Of a stretch of DNA of 38,902 bases, positions 17,093 to 29,200 are shown piece by piece. This stretch comes from Bacteroidia bacterium (GTDB lineage Bacteria > Bacteroidota > Bacteroidia > NS11-12g > UBA9320). The notes under the pieces were generated by a model, which was given only the letters and a program-made list of their open reading frames with translations, was not told where the DNA came from and searched no databases. Location: NCBI GenBank assembly GCA_041689715.1, contig JBDNFQ010000213.1:1-38902 (forward strand), given 5' to 3'. The stretch's first letter is position 1, and each line of letters opens with the position of its first letter. Made by a program: the position numbers and the translations under genes.

Positions 17093-17814
17093 AGAAGTTT
17101 GGAGTAATTGGATTTCCTGTAAAACACTCTTTTTCTCCTGATTATTTTGCTGAGAAATTTGCAACTTTGGAGATTAATACATTTGACTATCAAGCGTATG
17201 AGATTGAAGACCTAAAAAAGCTAAAGGCTTTGGTAAAGAAGGAAAATTTAAGTGGTTTTAATGTTACTATTCCTTATAAGCAAAGTATTATTCCTATGCT
17301 CAAAGGTATAAGCAATGCCGCTAAAGCTATAGGAGCAGTAAATACTGTAACGGTAACTATAGAAGGTTGGTTTGGGGATAACACAGATTTTATTGGTTTC
17401 AGAAAAAGCCTTTCCAAGCTTACAGGTAATAAGAGACAAACTGCTTTGATCTTTGGTACAGGAGGCAGCTCCAAGGGTGTAAAGTATGCCTTACAGCAAT
17501 TAGGGATACAACATTCTTCAGTATCGCGAGGACTTATGGCAGAGTACACCTATGCAGATTTGACCGAGGAAGATATCGCAGAGCATTCTATACTTATTAA
17601 TACTACTCCTCTTGGATCTACTGCTATGGAAGAGGAATGCGTGGACATACCTTATAATGCTATTAACTCAAAGCATATTTGCTACGACTTGATTTATAAA
17701 CCAGAAGAATCACTCTTCTTAAAAAAAGCAAGTGAGCAGGGTGCCACCATAAAAAATGGATTGGAGATGCTAAAAATACAAGCAGACGAAGCTTGGAAAG
17801 TTTGGAATATCTAA
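17089..17814 (+). CDS. aroE: Shikimate dehydrogenase AroE (short Bacteroidota form)
   Basis: 241 aa. GVIGFPVKHSFSPDYF (the NPI.HS.SP-type motif). GFNVTIPYK. GAVNTV. Rossmann motif ALIFGTGGSSKGV. The start overlaps the DUF368 stop (ATGA). Confidence 0.85.
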   Translation: MKKFGVIGFPVKHSFSPDYFAEKFATLEINTFDYQAYEIEDLKKLKALVKKENLSGFNVTIPYKQSIIPMLKGISNAAKAIGAVNTVTVTIEGWFGDNTDFIGFRKSLSKLTGNKRQTALIFGTGGSSKGVKYALQQLGIQHSSVSRGLMAEYTYADLTEEDIAEHSILINTTPLGSTAMEEECVDIPYNAINSKHICYDLIYKPEESLFLKKASEQGATIKNGLEMLKIQADEAWKVWNI

Positions 17815-17840
17815 AATAGAGTATCTTGCAGGTTATTATC

Positions 17841-18401
17841 ATGAAAAAGCTTGTATTCGTATTATCATTGAGCATTATAGTTATTGGAACATATAGCTGC
17901 AGAAAACCACAGGTGCCTGTAATAGAGGAAGATACCAATAGTGGAAATGGCAGTGGTGGTGGAGGTGAAGTGCTCCCTAGTGAATATGTTGGTACTTGGG
18001 ACTATACTAAGATAGATTTGAAGAATGGTACTTTAGTGTCAATGGGTCAAAGTTTTGGTACGTTTACTGGTATAGGTACCGCTTTAAAAGGCAAAGTAGA
18101 AATAACTGAAAACCCAAATATATATATAACAGAAATTGCATTTACTGCAGATGTGAATGTTGTTGTTTTTGGACAAACACAACAACAACAAATACCAGTA
18201 GATAAACAAACTTCTAGTGGCACTTGGACAGAAGCTAATGGTGAAATTACCTTGACAGATGACAATGGTACTAAGGTAGGGATACTATCTAGTAACTCAA
18301 GTGAAATAATATTTACAGGCAATTTCAGTAACGAAGTGGCCCTTACTGCTCAGTTTGTGCTAGATGCAAACTCAGATGTAGAGTTTACGATTACAAAGTA
18401 A
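17841..18401 (+). CDS. Hypothetical lipoprotein (lipocalin-like beta-rich)
   Basis: Start chosen at MKKLVFVLSLSIIVIGTYS-C, which gives a signal peptide plus lipobox. A Gly/Ser linker (SGNGSGGGGE) precedes a beta-rich body. Confidence 0.6.
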   Translation: MKKLVFVLSLSIIVIGTYSCRKPQVPVIEEDTNSGNGSGGGGEVLPSEYVGTWDYTKIDLKNGTLVSMGQSFGTFTGIGTALKGKVEITENPNIYITEIAFTADVNVVVFGQTQQQQIPVDKQTSSGTWTEANGEITLTDDNGTKVGILSSNSSEIIFTGNFSNEVALTAQFVLDANSDVEFTITK

Positions 18402-18413
18402 TTCTAAAAGTTT

Positions 18414-18938
18414 CTAGTCTATCCAAGCTCCGCCACTTACAAATGTACGTTGGTAGTATCCTTGTCTTAGATTACTAATCATTACTCCTTTGCTAGAACT
18501 TGCATGAGCAAAATAGCCATCCCACAGGTACACCCCGACGTGGCTTATTCTAGAGCCGCCACTTGTGGCAAAGAATACTAAATCTCCTTCATATAAGGCA
18601 TGTTTTTTAATAGGCATAGAGTTAGTATATATTTCATTTGATACACGAGGAATATCCTTTTTATAAATCTGCTTATACACTCTGCTAGTAAATCCAGAAC
18701 AATCCGTTCCTTTTTTGGTGCTCCCGCCATAGCAATAAGGAGTACCACGCCAGTCTAGAGTAAAGGCCAGCAGGTCGTAGTTGGCTGTCTCATTCTCGGG
18801 TAGACCCAATTCAGAACAGATTTTTGATAGTTCTTTGATTTTTTGTGTATCTGCAGTGGAATATACAATGGTACTATCTTCTTGAGCTACGGAGCCCCAA
18901 GCTATAGATAAGAGAGATATGAGTACGAATAAACGCAT
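18414..18938 (-). CDS. NlpC/P60 (C40) family cell-wall peptidase
   Basis: 174 aa with a signal peptide. Catalytic Cys context (GGSTKKGTDCSGFTSRVY) and His (ISHVGVYL). Confidence 0.85.
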   Translation of the reverse strand: MRLFVLISLLSIAWGSVAQEDSTIVYSTADTQKIKELSKICSELGLPENETANYDLLAFTLDWRGTPYCYGGSTKKGTDCSGFTSRVYKQIYKKDIPRVSNEIYTNSMPIKKHALYEGDLVFFATSGGSRISHVGVYLWDGYFAHASSSKGVMISNLRQGYYQRTFVSGGAWID

Positions 18939-18974
18939 AGTATTATGTCATACTAAACATGCTATTGGGGACAT

Positions 18975-20078
18975 TTAGTATAGAGCTTGATACAAAGGAA
19001 GGATATTTTCCAATTTGTATTTCAATGAATGCACTTTAGCTTGAGCTTTAAACTTGGTAAGATTTTCACTTTTCAAGATAGTAAGGGCATCAGCTGCCAT
19101 TTTATCTACATCTCCTATATCGCTAGTGAACCCTGTAACCCCATCTATATTTACCTCTGGTAAACCACCTGTATTAGTGCTAATTACCGGGACTTCGCAT
19201 GCCATGGCCTCTAGAGCTGCTAGGCCAAAACTCTCCGTTTCTGATGGTATTAGGAATAAGTCGGCAATACTCAAAATCTCCTCTACGGCTTCTTGCTTTC
19301 CTAAGAAAATTACATCTTTACAGATAGCACAGTTTCTGCATTCTTCTTCTATAGATGCTCGCTCTGGACCATCTCCTATTAGTAGAAGTTTTGCCGGTAT
19401 TTTGGCTGCTACTCTCCTATATATAGCTAATACATCTGGTACTCGTTTTACTTTCCTAAAATTAGATGTATGTACTAATATTTTTTCACCATTAGGAGCA
19501 ATACCTTTTTTGAAATGGTCCTTTGGTTGCTTATTAAATCGCTGAAAATCTATAAAATTTGGAACAACATGAATTTCGCCGGTGTAGTTAAAGAAGGAAT
19601 AAGTGTCTTTTTTTAGACTTTCGGATACGGCTGTTACCACATCACTTTCCTGCAGTGAGTAAGTAACTACGGGTTCATATGATTTATCCTTGCCTACTAG
19701 GGTGATATCTGTACCATGAAGCGTGGTTACTATCTTCACTTTGATTCCCTCACGGGCTAGAATGTGCTTAGCAGTGGCCGCCGCCGCCGCATGGGGTATA
19801 GCATAATGTACATGTAGTACTTCTATATGATGTACTTTTACTATATCTACTATTTTACTAGTTAGGGCTATTTCGTAGGGAGCATACTTAAACAGGGGGT
19901 AGTTATTAAAACGTACCTCGTGATAAAATAAATTTTCTGTAAATGTATCTAGACGTACAGGCTGGTCATACGAGATGAAATGTATATTATGGTTTTGAGC
20001 AGCGAGTGCTTTTCCTAGTTCTGTTGCTACTACACCACTTCCACCGAAGGTAGGATAACATATTATGCCAATATTCAT
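18975..20078 (-). CDS. bshA: N-acetyl-alpha-D-glucosaminyl L-malate synthase BshA (bacillithiol biosynthesis glycosyltransferase, GT4)
   Basis: The N-terminus MNIGIICYPTFGGSGVVATELGKALA... is characteristic of BshA. GT4 C-terminal motif (PSETESFGLAALEAMACEVPVISTNTGGLPEV). Start set at the ATG at 20078. Confidence 0.85.
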   Translation of the reverse strand: MNIGIICYPTFGGSGVVATELGKALAAQNHNIHFISYDQPVRLDTFTENLFYHEVRFNNYPLFKYAPYEIALTSKIVDIVKVHHIEVLHVHYAIPHAAAAATAKHILAREGIKVKIVTTLHGTDITLVGKDKSYEPVVTYSLQESDVVTAVSESLKKDTYSFFNYTGEIHVVPNFIDFQRFNKQPKDHFKKGIAPNGEKILVHTSNFRKVKRVPDVLAIYRRVAAKIPAKLLLIGDGPERASIEEECRNCAICKDVIFLGKQEAVEEILSIADLFLIPSETESFGLAALEAMACEVPVISTNTGGLPEVNIDGVTGFTSDIGDVDKMAADALTILKSENLTKFKAQAKVHSLKYKLENILPLYQALY

Positions 20079-20367
20079 ATTAGTACTACAAAGATGTACG
20101 TATTGAAGTTTGGAAACTAACAAGATTGAATAAATATAAACTCATTGGCTCTTGGCTTAAGGAGTTTATACTAAAGCAGTAAGTAAAGTGAAATTTCTTA
20201 ATACCTTCCGTATATATGCAAAGTCGTCTTTTGGTTGAGTTCTGTTATCATACCGCCTCTCCTCAGATTGTATTATTCTTTTACCGCTAATAAGATCGAT
20301 TGCTTTAAAATCTCAGGCGTAAATAAAAATTTAAAGTATCCGTAATGGAACGGAGGGAATAATACTA

Positions 20368-23025
20368 TTAGAATAAGTTGGGGCCGAGCCATTTCTTCAT
20401 AATATCTAAATCAGATCCTTTTCGTTTTGCATACTCAGCTACTTGGTCTTCACTGATCTTGCCTACAGCAAAATACTTACTTTCAGGATGTGAGAAATAA
20501 AGACCAGACACAGATGCTGCTGGATACATAGCAAAGCTTTCTGTAAGGCTAATGCCGGTATGCTTTTCAACTTCTAGCAGCTCCCAAAGTGTGGCTTTTT
20601 CAGTATGGTCTGGGCTAGCAGGATAACCTGCTGCCGGACGAATCCCTTGATATTTTTCGCGAATAAGTTCATCATTGGTTAATTGCTCATCAGCAGTATA
20701 TCCCCATATGGATGTACGTACCTCATGATGCAGACATTCTGTAAAAGCCTCTGCAAGTCTGTCTGCTATAGCTTTTACTAGTATAGAGTTATAGTCGTCG
20801 TGGTTTGCTTCGTACTGCTCTATCATCTTCTCTATACCTATACCTGCAGTCACAGCAAAAGCTCCTAGGTAGTCTTGCTTACCACTACTCAATGGAGCTA
20901 TGTAGTCGGACAGAGATATGTTGGGTATCTCTTTTCCCATTTTACGCTGTTGGCGTAAGAAATTGAAAGTTGTACCTGTTTCAGAGAGTTTTACATCTCC
21001 ATTTTCTTCATTTGCAGGGAATATGCCTACCACGGCTTTAGCTTTTAGTTTCTTATTAGAGATGATGTCATCTAGCATGGCCTTAGCATCGGCAAATAGT
21101 TTTTTGGCTTCTTCTCCTACATATGGATCTTCGAATATATTGGGATACCTGCCACGTAGTTCCCAAGTCTGAAAAAAGGGTGTCCAGTCTATGTATTTAC
21201 TTACTGTCTCTAGGTCAAAATCTTCATACACCTTAATGCCAAGTTTCACTGGAGTAGGAGGGGTATAGTTAGCCCAGTCTAGTATTAATTTATTATCTAA
21301 AGCCTCCTTAAATGTAAGTATGTTTTTATCTGCTTGTCTTGCGGCATGTTGTACTGCTAACTCTGCATACTCTGCTTTTATATCTGCTTGAAACTTTGCT
21401 CTACTACTATCTCCTATGAGCTGACCAGCTACGGGTACAGATCTAGACGCGTCTAGCACGTGCACAATAGGTCCAGAGTAGTAAGGTGCTACTTTTACTG
21501 CTGTGTGTACTCTACTGGTCGTGGCTCCTCCTATCAGCAGCGGGTACTTCATTCCTCTTCGCTCCATCTCTGTAGCTACATCTACCATTTCATCTAGACT
21601 AGGAGTTATGAGTCCACTAAGGCCTATTACGTCTACATTATGTTTGATAGCTGCGTCTAATATTACATTAGCGGGTACCATTACACCTAAGTCTATTATT
21701 TCATAGTTATTACACGCTAATACTACACCTACTATATTTTTACCTATATCGTGTACGTCACCTTTTACGGTGGCTAGTAGTATCTTACCTTGTGTGCTAG
21801 CTGCAGATTTGTCTGCCTCTAAATAGGGCTGTAGATAGGCTACAGACTTTTTCATTACCCTGGCACTTTTTACTACTTGTGGTAGAAACATCTTACCCGC
21901 CCCGAATAGATCTCCCACTACATTCATACCCGCCATGAGTGGACCTTCTATGACATGAAGTGGTTTGTCATATTCTTGTCGTGCTTCTTCGGTGTCCTCA
22001 TCTATGTAATCTGTGATACCTTTTACCAGCGAGTGTTTCAGTCTTTCCTGTACACTTTGCTCTCTCCAGCTTATGTCTACCGTGAGTTTTTTGCCGCCGC
22101 CTTTTACGGTTTCTGCATAGTCTACCAGTCTCTCGGTAGCATCATCTCGTCTATTGAAGAGTACGTCTTCTACACGCATAAGCAAGTCTTTCGGTACTTC
22201 AGCATATACTTCTATCATACCAGCATTTACTATACCCATATCTAATCCTGCTTGTATAGCATGATATAAGAAAGCAGTGTGCATAGCTTCACGTACTACA
22301 TTATTACCTCTAAAACTAAAGGAGATATTACTTACACCACCACTTACTTTTGCGTAAGGTAGATTTTCCTTGATCCAGCGTGTGGCGTTTATGAAATCTA
22401 TGGCGTAGTCATTATGCTCCTCTATACCAGTAGCTACCGTTAGGATATTTGGGTCAAAGATGATATCAGAAGCCTGGAAGCCTACCTGCTCAGTAAGTAT
22501 TTTATAACTACGCTCACAGATGGCTATTCTCTTTTCATAGGAGTCTGCTTGGCCGTTTTCATCAAAAGCCATGACTACTGTAGCAGCACCGTATCTTTTA
22601 ATTTTTGTAGCCCGTTCTATGAAAGTTGCTTCACCGTCTTTTAGACTGATAGAGTTTACTATGCCTTTGCCTTGTATTACTTTTAGTCCTGCTTCTATGA
22701 TTTCCCACTTGCTAGAGTCTATCATCACAGGCACACGACTGATATCGGGTTCTGCGGCTATCAGATGTAGAAATTTGACCATGGCCTCTTTGCCATCGAG
22801 CATTCCTTCATCCATATTTACATCTATGACCTGAGCTCCATTCTCTACTTGTGAGCGGGCTACAGACAGTGCCTCGTCATATTTGTTATTTAATATGAGT
22901 TTGGCAAAGGCTTTGGAACCCGTAACATTGGTTCGCTCACCTATATTGATAAAATTTATATTAGGTGTCTGTACCATAGGTTCCAGACCGCTAAGTCGCA
23001 GGTAGTTTTGTATTGATTTTCCCAT
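20368..23025 (-). CDS. metH: Methionine synthase MetH lacking the N-terminal homocysteine-binding domain (pterin-binding, B12-cap/B12-binding and AdoMet-activation modules only)
   Basis: 885 aa. It begins at the inter-domain linker (LRLSGLEP...[19 protein letters not shown]), equivalent to about residue 340 of E. coli MetH. B12 motif [12 protein letters not shown]-terminal activation domain (GYPA.PDH.EK..L..LL). Confidence 0.95.
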   Translation of the reverse strand: MGKSIQNYLRLSGLEPMVQTPNINFINIGERTNVTGSKAFAKLILNNKYDEALSVARSQVENGAQVIDVNMDEGMLDGKEAMVKFLHLIAAEPDISRVPVMIDSSKWEIIEAGLKVIQGKGIVNSISLKDGEATFIERATKIKRYGAATVVMAFDENGQADSYEKRIAICERSYKILTEQVGFQASDIIFDPNILTVATGIEEHNDYAIDFINATRWIKENLPYAKVSGGVSNISFSFRGNNVVREAMHTAFLYHAIQAGLDMGIVNAGMIEVYAEVPKDLLMRVEDVLFNRRDDATERLVDYAETVKGGGKKLTVDISWREQSVQERLKHSLVKGITDYIDEDTEEARQEYDKPLHVIEGPLMAGMNVVGDLFGAGKMFLPQVVKSARVMKKSVAYLQPYLEADKSAASTQGKILLATVKGDVHDIGKNIVGVVLACNNYEIIDLGVMVPANVILDAAIKHNVDVIGLSGLITPSLDEMVDVATEMERRGMKYPLLIGGATTSRVHTAVKVAPYYSGPIVHVLDASRSVPVAGQLIGDSSRAKFQADIKAEYAELAVQHAARQADKNILTFKEALDNKLILDWANYTPPTPVKLGIKVYEDFDLETVSKYIDWTPFFQTWELRGRYPNIFEDPYVGEEAKKLFADAKAMLDDIISNKKLKAKAVVGIFPANEENGDVKLSETGTTFNFLRQQRKMGKEIPNISLSDYIAPLSSGKQDYLGAFAVTAGIGIEKMIEQYEANHDDYNSILVKAIADRLAEAFTECLHHEVRTSIWGYTADEQLTNDELIREKYQGIRPAAGYPASPDHTEKATLWELLEVEKHTGISLTESFAMYPAASVSGLYFSHPESKYFAVGKISEDQVAEYAKRKGSDLDIMKKWLGPNLF

Positions 23026-23059
23026 TATCCGTATGTAGAAGTATTAGGTAATAGAGAAG

Positions 23060-23167
23060 CTTATCTGGTCCGTCTGTTGACGGATAGGATGTAGCACCTT
23101 GAGTATGAGTTGTCTTTCAGGTTGCTAAGACTTCTATGGGCCTAATCCCTCAGTCTTTCTTTATAAG
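23060..23167 (-). promoter_or_regulatory. SAM-I (S-box) riboswitch in the metH leader
   Basis: Minus-strand RNA: CUUAUAAAGAAAGACUGAGGGAUUAGGCCCAUAGAAGUCUUAGCAACCUGAAAGACAACUCAUACUCAAGGUGCUACAUCCUAUCCGUCAACAGACGGACCAGAUAAG. P1 is CUUAU/AUAAG. P2 is AGACU/AGUCU, enclosing the GAGGGA...GGCCC core. GCAACC and GGUGCUA junction boxes are present. P4 is CCGUC/GACGG. Confidence 0.85.
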
Positions 23168-23172
23168 TCCTG

Positions 23173-23180
23173 CAAATGTA
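23173..23180 (-). promoter_or_regulatory. Bacteroidota -7 promoter box TACATTTG just upstream of the riboswitch P1
   Basis: The plus strand reads CAAATGTA, so the minus strand reads TACATTTG, a perfect TAnnTTTG. It ends 5 nt before the riboswitch 5' end, which fits a transcription start at the base of P1. Confidence 0.45.
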
Positions 23181-23195
23181 TTAATTCTATTACAT

Positions 23196-23231
23196 AAAAA
23201 AACCCTTCTGTCGAGTGACAGAAGGGTTTTT
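23196..23231 (-). terminator. Rho-independent terminator after the 2,000-aa T9SS cargo gene
   Basis: 10-bp stem CCCTTCTGTC (23203-23212) / GACAGAAGGG (23217-23226) with a 4-nt loop. It is flanked by A7 and T5, so the minus-strand RNA has the hairpin followed by U7. Confidence 0.8.
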
Positions 23232-23257
23232 AATAACCTGATTTATAGGTTTTATTT

Positions 23258-26200
23258 CTATTGGTTTCTGATTAATTCAATCTGACCCTCTACAGGACCA
23301 AGACCTTCATTCTCTACATCAAATAGGAATTTATAATTTACAATATAGAAGTAAGTACCTTCTGGGCAAGTTGATCCCGTGTTATTTACTCTTCCATTCC
23401 AATTCGTATTTACATCTGTAGTTTCAAATACTCGCTCACCCCATCTGTTGAAAATCTTTATCTGGAATTCTTCTATAGATGTGCCATCTACAACGAATTC
23501 ATCATTCTTTTCGTCACCGTTAGGTGTAAAAACATTGTAGAATGTGATTTTTCTGGAGAAAGTATTGGTAATCATTTGACAAGTATCGTCAGGACATTCT
23601 GCGTCAGAAGTACTAACAACGTATAGACATACTTCAAAAGTTCCTACTTGGTCATTCCAATTGAAACATGGGTTGACTTCTAGTTTCTCTTCTAAGGTAG
23701 GTTCAAAGGTCCATCTGTATTTGTCTGGATTGGCTCCTGTAGATGTATTTGTGAAGCAAAAGTTAGGCTTAGCAGATGAATCTATAGTAAAGCCAGCTTT
23801 AACATCGTCTACTGTGATTTGTATAGTATCTCTGTCCCAACATCTAGGTATTATATCATACTCAGGTGCTACAATAACATTGTAGACCCCACCTTGTGGC
23901 CAACTGTAAGTGATGCTATTGTCTGGCAAAGTTTTACTGATACTATCATTCGGATCTAAGTACCACTTCATTCTAGTGTATCTAGGGTCCAATGTATCTG
24001 CGGTGAACGTAATCACCTCATTTACACATACAAAAGTATCAGAAGCTAGTATTTCTACTGGAGGTAGCGGATTCACTATCACGATAATCTTACGTTGGTT
24101 TATTATCTCGGCACTAGTATCTGGGAATATTCTGCTACATCTCTGTGATGTGCCTGGTATTAAATCCTCCTGAGTTAGATACAGCTCGTATGTGCCAGGA
24201 GTATAATAAGTATGACTATATTTATCTCCAATAGCAGACGGTGCAGTAAATGTGCCATCTCCCCAATCCATTTGGAAAGTAGGGGTACTCACATCGCCTT
24301 TACCGATATTGATAAGCAACACACTATCTCCGGCACATATGATAGCCGAGTCATTCTTATTCCAAACATCTAGGTCAAACTCAAACTGTGGCTGCGGACC
24401 TGGTATATAGATTCGTTGTGTTATTTCTTCTATACAACCTAGCTTAGACCATACTTTTAGTGTCACGTCAAAGAATCCGCCAGACGTAAAATTGTGAGAA
24501 GGGTTCTGTAATATACTCTTACGTGTACTGTCTCCAAAGTCCCATTCCCATCTTACTATACTCTCACAAGAAAGGTCTACACCATTCGTACAAGTATCCT
24601 TGTCTGCACATGGGTCATCTACAAAACTAGTGTCAAAGAATTGTAAAATAGAAGCACAATTGACAATGGTATCATCTAATGAAAATCCAGGATGTAGTTT
24701 AGATATATATACGGTAAGGAAAGTGGTATCTCTACAGTTTACACTATCCTTGGTCACTATGGTAATAGTATATGTTCCAGGATCTGTATAAATATTATTT
24801 GGATTAATTGATCTGTAGTCGTCCCATACCCCGTCTGTACTATCCCAATCTAGAGTATACGTCTCTATATTATTCGTATATCTGTCAAAATCTTGCCAGA
24901 ATGGGAAGACTTTAATAGGGTATGTAAAGGGATCTTCTTCACCATATTGGTAATAACGTTGATAGTAGTCTACATCGAGCACCAGACCCTGACAAATATT
25001 CTCGTTTTTCAGAGAATAGTCATTTAGGAATCCTACATTCAATAGACGTGCAGACCTGGCTTCACAACCCACTGTACTATTAAGGAAAAGGGTAGGCACC
25101 ATGGGCCCGTTTGCTGCTCTATAAATAGTGTCTTTTATAGTCGGGTCACATTCATTAGGAGTAATAATTTCTGGATATCTGTAGGAATATTTCCATACAC
25201 CAGTAATAGTATCCAATTGTCCGTTTCCAGAGGTGTCTTGTAGTAAGGTATCATACCCTTGGAGAGATGAATCTCTAAAGTGAAGTACTTCTGCTACTTC
25301 TATGAAATTGACAACATCATCTCTATTCGTATTAGGCATGGAGTCTACCCGAGAGATAGAGTCTTGTGCAGGGTTTATTTGAGATTTGATAACTGCACCA
25401 GCACCATCTTTAGCATAGGTAGTATCTTTAGTAAACTGAGGATCATATAATGTGCCTCTATATCTCTTGTTACCTGTTTGCCATACGGAAGAGTCTATTT
25501 TTTGGTGCCAAGGTTTTACCCCGAAAGTAAAGAATTGGCTGAGTCCGGTGGTATCTAAACAACCAACGGTACCATCTCCTAAATAGTAAGGGACATCTTC
25601 TGGTGGTATGTCCGCATATCTTAAACCAAGCAATTGGTCAAAAGCGTCTACTACAAGGTCATTGGCGTTACGCGTATTGGCTATTATTTGCCAATCTTTA
25701 ATAATAAGGGTAACAATAGTATCCAGTATTTTATTTCCTGTAATATCGCTCAATTCTCTTCTTACTACATAGTTGTATAACCAGTCTTCACCATTGTATG
25801 TATAGTTTTCGTCATTTCTTCCAGCTACTGGACCTGTGTACGGTTGGTAGTATTTAAACTCTTCTACGTATACAGCTAAGTTTGGTCCTCTGCCTATACC
25901 TTGGTAACCCCAAGCCCATCTAAGTGTTCTAATACTATCTTGTAATTCTTGGTCCATTTTGAAGTACGCAGTACCTCCGGCACACATAAAGTGTCTGCCA
26001 AGTCCGTCTGCAACAGGTTCTAATATTTCAAACTCTGGAGCTAAAGGAAGTATTCTGAATAAATCTGGGTAGTAAGAGGTGTCCATACATTCTGGTGGTC
26101 CACCCAATGGATTAGGAGGTCCGTTACCTACTATTAGTCCTAGGGTAAATGAGCCAAAAGGAGTACGCTTATATGGGTCGCCAATATCAAATTTAGTGTA

Positions 26201-29200
26201 TTCTTTTACAAATGTGGTACCTGTATTACCTACTAATGCATATGGCAAAACAAATGGTATAGCTGTACCCAAAGCACCGTCGGGTGCTTTTACTGCTCCA
26301 CCATTGTATACATTCCAAGAGGAAGTAAGTGCTGGAGGGAAAGCTAGTGTATCGTAGTTTACTTCAAACCACTGTTGCGTACAACCCGGTTTAGTATCAG
26401 CGATATCAAATTCTAGAACATACTGAAAAAATCCATTAGTATATGGACAAGGGAAACCTGAAGTCCATTCTAGCCCATCAGCACTCGGAGGAGTAAGAGC
26501 AAGTGACTTAGTACCTGTTGCATTACAATGAAGCGGGTGTATGGTGTCTTCTTGGTATAGTGTAATATTAAAGCATTCTGCATTATCTAAGAACCACTTG
26601 GCTCTATGTGCCGCTGAGTCTACGAATACTTGAGATCTAGTTTCTGTAACTAATATGCCGAACTTAACAACCTGAACAGGATAGTTAGATGGAGCAGCGT
26701 ACGTAGTATCTGGTGCCGTCTCTTCTACAGTTGCATTTACAGTAATACAATCATTTGGAGATAGCTTAAATTGCTCATTAGGCAGTAGAGTTACTGTAGC
26801 AGGACCTGTAATAGTACGTCCTGGGCCACCGCCACCTCCGCCAGCACCACCTGGAGGTGGTGGGAGCATCACAGTAGTAATAGTAACTCCAGTAGGAATA
26901 TCAAATTCCATATCATAGTATGTTACAGTCCACTTTGTGCTTCCGTTGCCCGCGAGCGGATTGTTTCTACCTAGCCAATCTTCATTATGGTACGTAGTAT
27001 CTGTAGCTATATTAGCAGCTACAAAAGTATCTAGTGCAGCATCCCAATAAAAATCGGTTCCACAGAATTTGCTTGGCGGTCTTCTTACAATCCAATTCCC
27101 TAATTTTCCATATGGATAATTTACGAATGCTGGAATAGTAATACCCATGTAGGTATATGAAGAATCTATAGGTACCGTAATTATAGTATCGCCTGGCACA
27201 ATCATAGGATTGGCAGAATATACATTTACAGGGTAACAGAAAGTATCCGGTTTGAATAATCTGACTTCTACTATAGGAGTAGTATAGTTTCTGCCATCTT
27301 GCATGGTTCTATACACCTCATCCCATGGCGTATACCAATGTATTGGGATACTATCTATTCTAAAGTTACAGTTAATACCAATATTTTTACTTACCCATGG
27401 TCTACTGTCTGTAGTACACTGAGGAGCAAATTGATCTCCCATATTCCATATTCTAAAAATATTAGGTCTATAATCTCTAATGTTTATCGTAGGGTCTACG
27501 GCTGTTTGGTCACCCGTACCAACACCCCCTTTTCCTACAGGAGGCACATAGTTAAATACGAAGCGTTTACGAGGATTGACGCCAAATCTATAACTCGTTC
27601 CACTAGCCGTAGGAGATGTAAGGTAACTTATTTTATGGTAGGTAGTTACGCCACCAAAAATAACTTTTAATGAGTCCTTGCCTGCATCCCAAGACACAGT
27701 ATATCCTTGTCTTGTGACGGTCGCTCCAGCAGCAAATTCTTCTTCATTAATTTTGAAGTTGCCACGAGGTTTTTCTTGCCAAGTTCTAAAGAAAAATTTG
27801 TAGTTTCCTGTTCCGTTATCAAATTCACGATCAAATGTGAAATCATAATAGTAAGTTGCAGAATCTTCATCTAATCTATTCCAATCGTTTTGATAAAAGC
27901 TCGAATTATTTACCATTTGCACAGAATCTCTAATCTCACATTGGTAAGCCTCATCTTGAGCTACACGGTTAAATGCTACCTCTATGGTAGACCCAGGTCC
28001 TATTACTTGCACGGTGTCGTATATGGTAACATCACATGGCCCAGCTATCAGTCTTAGACTTATCATCCACGGACCTGGACCGTATGATTTGGTAGGGGCA
28101 AGGGTTTTATTGTTCACGTTTGCAGGGCCAGATGGGGGATCGCCAAAGTTCCATAAAAACGAACTTACACCAGGTATAGCAGGTAAATTAGCTACACTAA
28201 ACTTAATAGGATTATCAGGTATACATGCTGGGTTAGGAGTAGATAGTATGTTGGGTTCCATAACTATATTAGTCACCGCAGCTTTGAAAGTAAATGTATC
28301 TGTACACCCGTATGCGGATACAACGAGAGAACCGTCGAACTGGCCGTGCACTCTATACATGTGTCTTATTTTATCATCATTAGCTGGGCCGGTCCACCAT
28401 ACTGTATTAATGGTGGCATTCCCGTCTACCCTATTTCCATCGCCGAATATCCAACTGAATGAATCTACATCGACTAAGGGGACTAATGAGGTGTTTTGAT
28501 AGATACCTAATGTGGAGTCGCAACCAGGATTGGGAGCTGGAGTAAGATTACTAAAGGATATACCTAAATCTGGATGGACGAAAATGTAATCTGTATACGT
28601 TACTTTCGAAACGCAACCACTGGTATCTTCAGACTCTATAACAAAGTCAAAAGTACCGCCTGTAGGGTCAGTAATCGTAACACAAAACTCAATAGGGAAC
28701 ACGGGATTAAGTGTATCGATACGGAGACCATTACTAAACAGATAAGTCTGTCGAGCTATGAGACCGCCAGGAGCTTTAGATGTGTCTTTAAAACAAAAGC
28801 TATTGTTAGCGAAACACTGCACAGAGTCGTTGGTTCTGTATAGGTGTATATCTGGAGAAGGGCTTATATTTACAGTTAAGGTCTTGGTACAATTACCTGC
28901 AGGACCGGTACCCGTAAAAGTTACCGTATAGGTTCCGGCTTTGGCATAACCATACGTAGGTTTTGCTACGTTACTAGTAGCTGATCCTGCCGGAGTAAGA
29001 CCAAAATCCCATAAAATGGTGGTAGTAAAACCAGGAGAGTTTGCATCAAATGAAATAAGCTGACCTTCACAAAAAGTACCTATAGTACCTTTAGTCCCAT
29101 CGGTGAGGGTCATCTCAGGAAAGCAATTTTGTGCAAAAGCAGAAAATCCAGCAAACACTAGCAATAGTGTTACGATATACTTAGATAGCACATCTTGAAT

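Noticed and set aside
23026-23200. A cobalamin riboswitch upstream of the B12-dependent methionine synthase.
   Set aside because: The conserved boxes present (GAGGGA, GGCCC, GCAACC, GGUGCUA, and the P1 CUUAU/AUAAG) are those of SAM-I. No B12-box-like element is visible.
26826-26870. The GC-rich near-palindrome CACCACCTGGAGGTGGTG inside the giant gene as a regulatory or recombination site.
   Set aside because: It is simply the coding sequence of the PPPPGGAGGGGGGPG hinge. The 7-bp hairpin potential follows from Pro (CCN) and Gly (GGN) codon complementarity.
27984-28499. The 171-aa plus-strand ORF and many similar ORFs as real genes: 14259-14657, 19054-19545, 29834-30283, 32672-33163 and 36873-37322.
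   Set aside because: All lie entirely antisense within long, motif-supported genes (the giant cargo, selD, bshA, the anti-sigma-like gene, the BNR protein and the partial T9SS cargo). Their compositions are low-complexity or implausible, as is typical of shadow ORFs.
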